Source: Felis catus
Lineage: Eukaryota
Reading direction: 5' to 3'
DNA: 64,000 nucleotides
Assembly (NCBI RefSeq): GCF_018350175.1
Contig: NC_058368.1
Span: 145,082,001-145,146,000 of the forward strand
Shown: positions 60,040 to 64,000 of the stretch, in pieces
Numbering within the stretch: position 1 is the stretch's first letter
How the letters are laid out: each line of letters begins with the position of its first letter
Notes under the pieces: model-generated
Database searches by the model: none
What the model was told of the DNA's origin: nothing
The model's input: the letters and a program-made list of their open reading frames with translations, nothing else
Translations under genes and position numbers: made by a program

Positions 60040-60236
60040 TTTTGAAAGAGAGAGAGAGAGAGAGAGAGCACACCCGTGCATGGGGGAGTTGCAGAGGGGG
60101 AGGGAGAGAGAAAATCTCAAACAGGCTCCACACTCAGTGCAGAGCCCGACTCAGGCTGGATCTCACAATAGTAAGATCATGACCTGAGCTTAAATCGAGT
60201 TGGTTACTTAAATGACTGAGCCACCCAGGCACCCCC
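60040..60236 (-). mobile_element. SINEC
   Basis: TSD AATAATTGTAT. Confidence 0.9.
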
Positions 60237-60267
60237 AAATAATTGTATTTTTAAAAGACATTTTACA

Positions 60268-60470
60268 GAGGTTTCTGGGTGGCTTAGTGGGTTAAGCAAC
60301 CAACTCTTGGTTTTGGCTCGGGTCTTGATCTCAGGGGTTTCTGGGATCAAGCCTTCCCACCTTGCACTGACAGCTAGGAGCCTTCTGAAGATTCTCTCTC
60401 TCCCTCTCTGCCCCTCTCCCATATATGTGTGCATTCTCTCTCTCTCAAAATAAATAAACTTAAAAAAAAA
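60268..60470 (+). mobile_element. SINEC (older)
   Basis: SINEC body and A-tail. Confidence 0.88.
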
Positions 60471-60824
60471 AACGATATTTCACATAGTCAAAAACATGTA
60501 ATTCTAAAAGTGCGCAAGCTTATTTGAATTTTATCTCTATTGAAAAGTGTACTTCTCATTCAGAGTGACAAACTGAAATACACTTATTCCGTGCTACCAT
60601 AATTCTCATTTATATCTTATCTTTTAACTTTCTATCATTGACTAGATTTTTTAAAGAAAAACAATCTTCTGATAGTAAAGAAAAAAAAACTAGATTTTTT
60701 ATAGCTCAGGCCAAAACTAGTAGAAACCCAGGTTACTCTTAAGCAATAAAATTTCAGTAGTTTCACTTTAGATGAAAATGTATTTAATAAACAAAAATGA
60801 AATCGCTTCTAAATAGTATTTTTG

Positions 60825-60980
60825 CATGTGGTAAAAAAAAAATACATAACATAAAATTTACATCTTAACCATCTTTAAGTGTACAGTAAGTAGTATTGAG
60901 TATATTCACATAGTTGTGAAACATCTCCAGAATTTTTTCATCTAGTAACACTGAAATTTTATATACATTAAAAAACAAAT
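60825..60980 (-). mobile_element. L1MB-like 3'-end fragment
   Basis: ACATAACATAAAATTTACATCTTAACCATCTTTAAGTGTACAG is a typical antisense L1MB terminus. Confidence 0.7.
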
Positions 60981-61787
60981 GTTTGATGGAAAAAGTGTTC
61001 ACATATATTCTATAAATACTGAAATGTATGACCTTAAGTTTCTAACTGCTTAATCCTCAGATTCTTTGTGGATAAAACAGTGTAACATCTACCTCATTCG
61101 GACTGCAAGATGATGATGAAGTCATTACTTTAATATCTTATTTTCCTTAGGTCATTCAAGTATGTTAATAGTTTATTAAGAAATTATACATTAACCCTTT
61201 ATCTTTCTTAGATGACCAGATTTTAAAAGTAATGATTGATATTTTCATAGAGTATAATTATTGCCTTAAAGAAGTAATCACAACAGTCCAGGTGATTGCA
61301 AAGCCAAATGAATCTTTGGCAATATCCTATGGAAAAGTATCTTTACTTATGCCAAGCAAGGGTAAAAGATTTCCTGGCTGCCTTAATAAGCTTCAGGCAG
61401 TAATGCTTATCCATTTCAAGTGTTCCAGTAACCATTCCAGTAAAGAACTTTAAAAAATAGAAAGTCATCTACCTTATCCAAACACAGTTCAGTTAATGTG
61501 ATTTTTTTCCATTTCCAGGTTTCAACACATCTATAGAAGAAACCATCATCCAAGTTAGAACATATCCTTTCCCCTTCCTTTAGAAACAATGAACCAGTTA
61601 TTTGTAGATTACTTGGGAGGGATAATATCCACGACTTTGCTTCTCTCCTCCCTGTTGGTTCTATGTAACTTGGGAAGATGATAAGATAAAACCCAAAGCA
61701 GAATTTTCTTATATTACAACATTTAAATAGAAAAATAAGAAGTTCTATCTTCAAGGATTTAAATCTGGTTCCAAAAGATCGTCTTTG

Positions 61788-61998
61788 AGGGGTGCTGGGT
61801 GAGCATCGGATTCTTGATTTCAAGGTCATGATCTCATGCTTCCTGGGTTCGAGACCTGAGTCAGGCTTGGGCTCTGCACTGATACTACCAAGCCTGCTTG
61901 GGATTCTCTCTCTCTCCCTCTCTCACTGTCCCTCACTGGCTCACATTCAGCCCCCCCAGCTTTCTACCCTCCTCCCCACAAGTAAATAAACTTAAAAA
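61788..61998 (+). mobile_element. SINEC
   Basis: TSD AAAAGATCGTCTTTGA / AAAAAATGGTCTTTGA. Confidence 0.88.
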
Positions 61999-62332
61999 AA
62001 TGGTCTTTGATTTGATCTTATGTCAAATCAAGATTATCTCTGATATCATTCACTTATGTGAATTAGAAAGTCTTAATAGTAATCCTTACAAAGCTACATC
62101 AAAAGTAGAAAAACATAATCAGAACCATAATATAAAATTATTTTAAACAAGAACATCCAAAAATCAATGATATATGATGTTAAACCATTTGGCTCTTCAA
62201 TTTTTTCTTAATTCTTTTTTCTCAGTTTGTAAATATGAAAACATAGTTCTCTTTTTTCAAAATAAAGTGGTAATCCATGACCCATAGGATGGATAAATAC
62301 TATATAAACATGTATTAAAAATTACTGGCCTT

Positions 62333-62556
62333 GGGGCGCCTGGGTGGCGCAGTAGGTTAAGCGTCCGACTTCAGCCAGGTCACGATCTCGCGGTCTGTGA
62401 GTTCGAGCCCCGCGTCAGGCTCGGGGCTGATGGCTCAGAGCCTGGAGCCTGTTTCCGATTCTGTGTCTCCCTCTCTCTCTGCCCCTCCCCCGTTCATGCT
62501 CTGTCTCTCTCTGTCCCAAAAATAAATAAACGTTGAAAAAGAAAAAAAATTAAAAA
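62333..62556 (+). mobile_element. Young felid SINEC
   Basis: TSD AAAAATTACTGGCCTT. Confidence 0.96.
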
Positions 62557-63074
62557 AAAAATTACTGGCCTTTATGGAACAAAGTTATAATTTATACTCT
62601 GGAATTCAACACATGCAATAAATACTGATGCCAATGTACTCTGTAAGTTTACTCTTAGTATCTTGTAAATAATGTGCTTAATTTTTATTTTAATTTTTAA
62701 ATAAAATACTTTTACTTTTACATGTTCAACTTCCTATCAAAACTCTACCAAGATTAAATGGAATCTCTCAAACTTAATTTTTTGAACTAATCTCTACATC
62801 ACAATCTACCAGAAGAAATGACAACTTGCTTGTTTTTCCTGTTTTGTTGCTTTTTATAAGAACTTCCCTTTTTACAGGTACAATAAATTACATATGCAAA
62901 TAAATAAAAGCAAAACAAGCAATCTGAACACTGTCAAACCACAAAGCTGCTTTTGGCATAAAGCTCTGCAGCCTGGTTACTTTGAAAGATTCATATATAA
63001 GAAACCCTGACTACAGGTAAAATTGAGTTTTATGCAGATACACCTATCACTAAAATAGAATATCTTATGCCCCT

Positions 63075-63110
<36 letters not shown>

Positions 63111-63499
63111 CACTCCCTCCAGTCAGCTATTTTAGCAGCCTAGTACATTGCTATAAGTTATCTCTTGTCATTTTAGACAATTAGGAAACAGCACATTCAA
63201 AAAGCATTCAACTTCTGCCTTTAAAAAAGTTAAATGAATAATTCTCTCATAACTGGAAGAAAAGAGGTCTTAGAAAGTAATTCTAAATTATAAGACCCTC
63301 CAATTTGGATCAAAATATTTAAATTTCTAAAATATTCTAATAAACTTGTTAAAATTGTAGCCTTCTTTGTCAAGCAAAATAAATACATCTAGAATCTCCC
63401 AATAATAGACAAAGGTCTTCCTGAGTTCATTTTAATGTAAAACAACAAGATAAAAATACTATCAATCAGCAAGATAAAATACTATCAGTCACCAACACA

Positions 63500-63510
63500 A
63501 TATATATATA

Positions 63511-63542
<32 letters not shown>

Positions 63543-63641
63543 CACACACATATATATGTGTATATGTTATGTGTGTGTGTATGTGTATATATATGTATAT
63601 GTATGTATGTATGTGTATATATGTATATATATATATATATA
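63500..63641. repeat. Compound (TA)n/(TG)n microsatellite
   Basis: Seen directly. Confidence 0.95.
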
Positions 63642-64000
63642 AACACCCCAACAATCTCAGTATTCCATTGAATGAAAAATGTAACTTGGAAGTCAGCCAG
63701 AGGAGAACTAGTCATATAGTAGTAGACATAGAGGGAATAGAGAGGGCTCCCATGACTTTCAGACATCAGAAAAATGAGTCTCCTTTGCTCATAATAAATT
63801 ATGATTATAGGGATCCCCATCAATACATCAACAGCTGGAAGAGAAGGTCAGAAACCCCCAATTCAGCCACACAAGTAGTAATTCATTAGACTTAAAATTG
63901 AAATATTCTCACTGATAAGCTATATATTTCACATAATATCAGTTTATTAGAATTTACCTAAAGTAGACTATTTTATTTAAAATCAAACAAGTTCAAGAAT

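Overview
Mammalian genomic DNA, almost certainly a cat-family (Felidae) genome. The evidence is about 49 tRNA-derived CanSINE/SINEC copies, including the young felid type starting GGGGCGCCTGGGTGGCGCAGTCGGTTAAGCGTCCGACTTCAGCCAGGTCACGATCTCGCGG, plus carnivore L1s. There is no intact protein-coding gene; most ORF-track entries are chance ORFs in repeats. The main feature is an intronless, apparently full-length SOCS2 processed pseudogene (49114-51106, minus strand, poly(A) tail, perfect 20-bp target-site duplication (TSD), two frameshifts). It sits at the start of ORF2 of a decayed full-length L1 (46426-56262), which itself sits in the 3' end of an older L1MA-type element. Other content: a young 5'-truncated L1 with an 18-bp TSD, an ancient L1 with a probable twin-priming inversion, MaLR/ERVL LTRs, L2/MIR/CR1 relics, nested and tandem SINEs, and microsatellites. 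Nearly all L1s are on the + strand and several exon-like segments lie on the - strand, which suggests the window is intronic to an unidentified minus-strand gene. I found no evidence of a genuinely new biological system; the best leads are the SOCS2 retrocopy architecture and the candidate exons. Repeat subfamily names come from recalled consensus sequences and need confirming with RepeatMasker/Dfam. Boundaries not anchored by a TSD are approximate.
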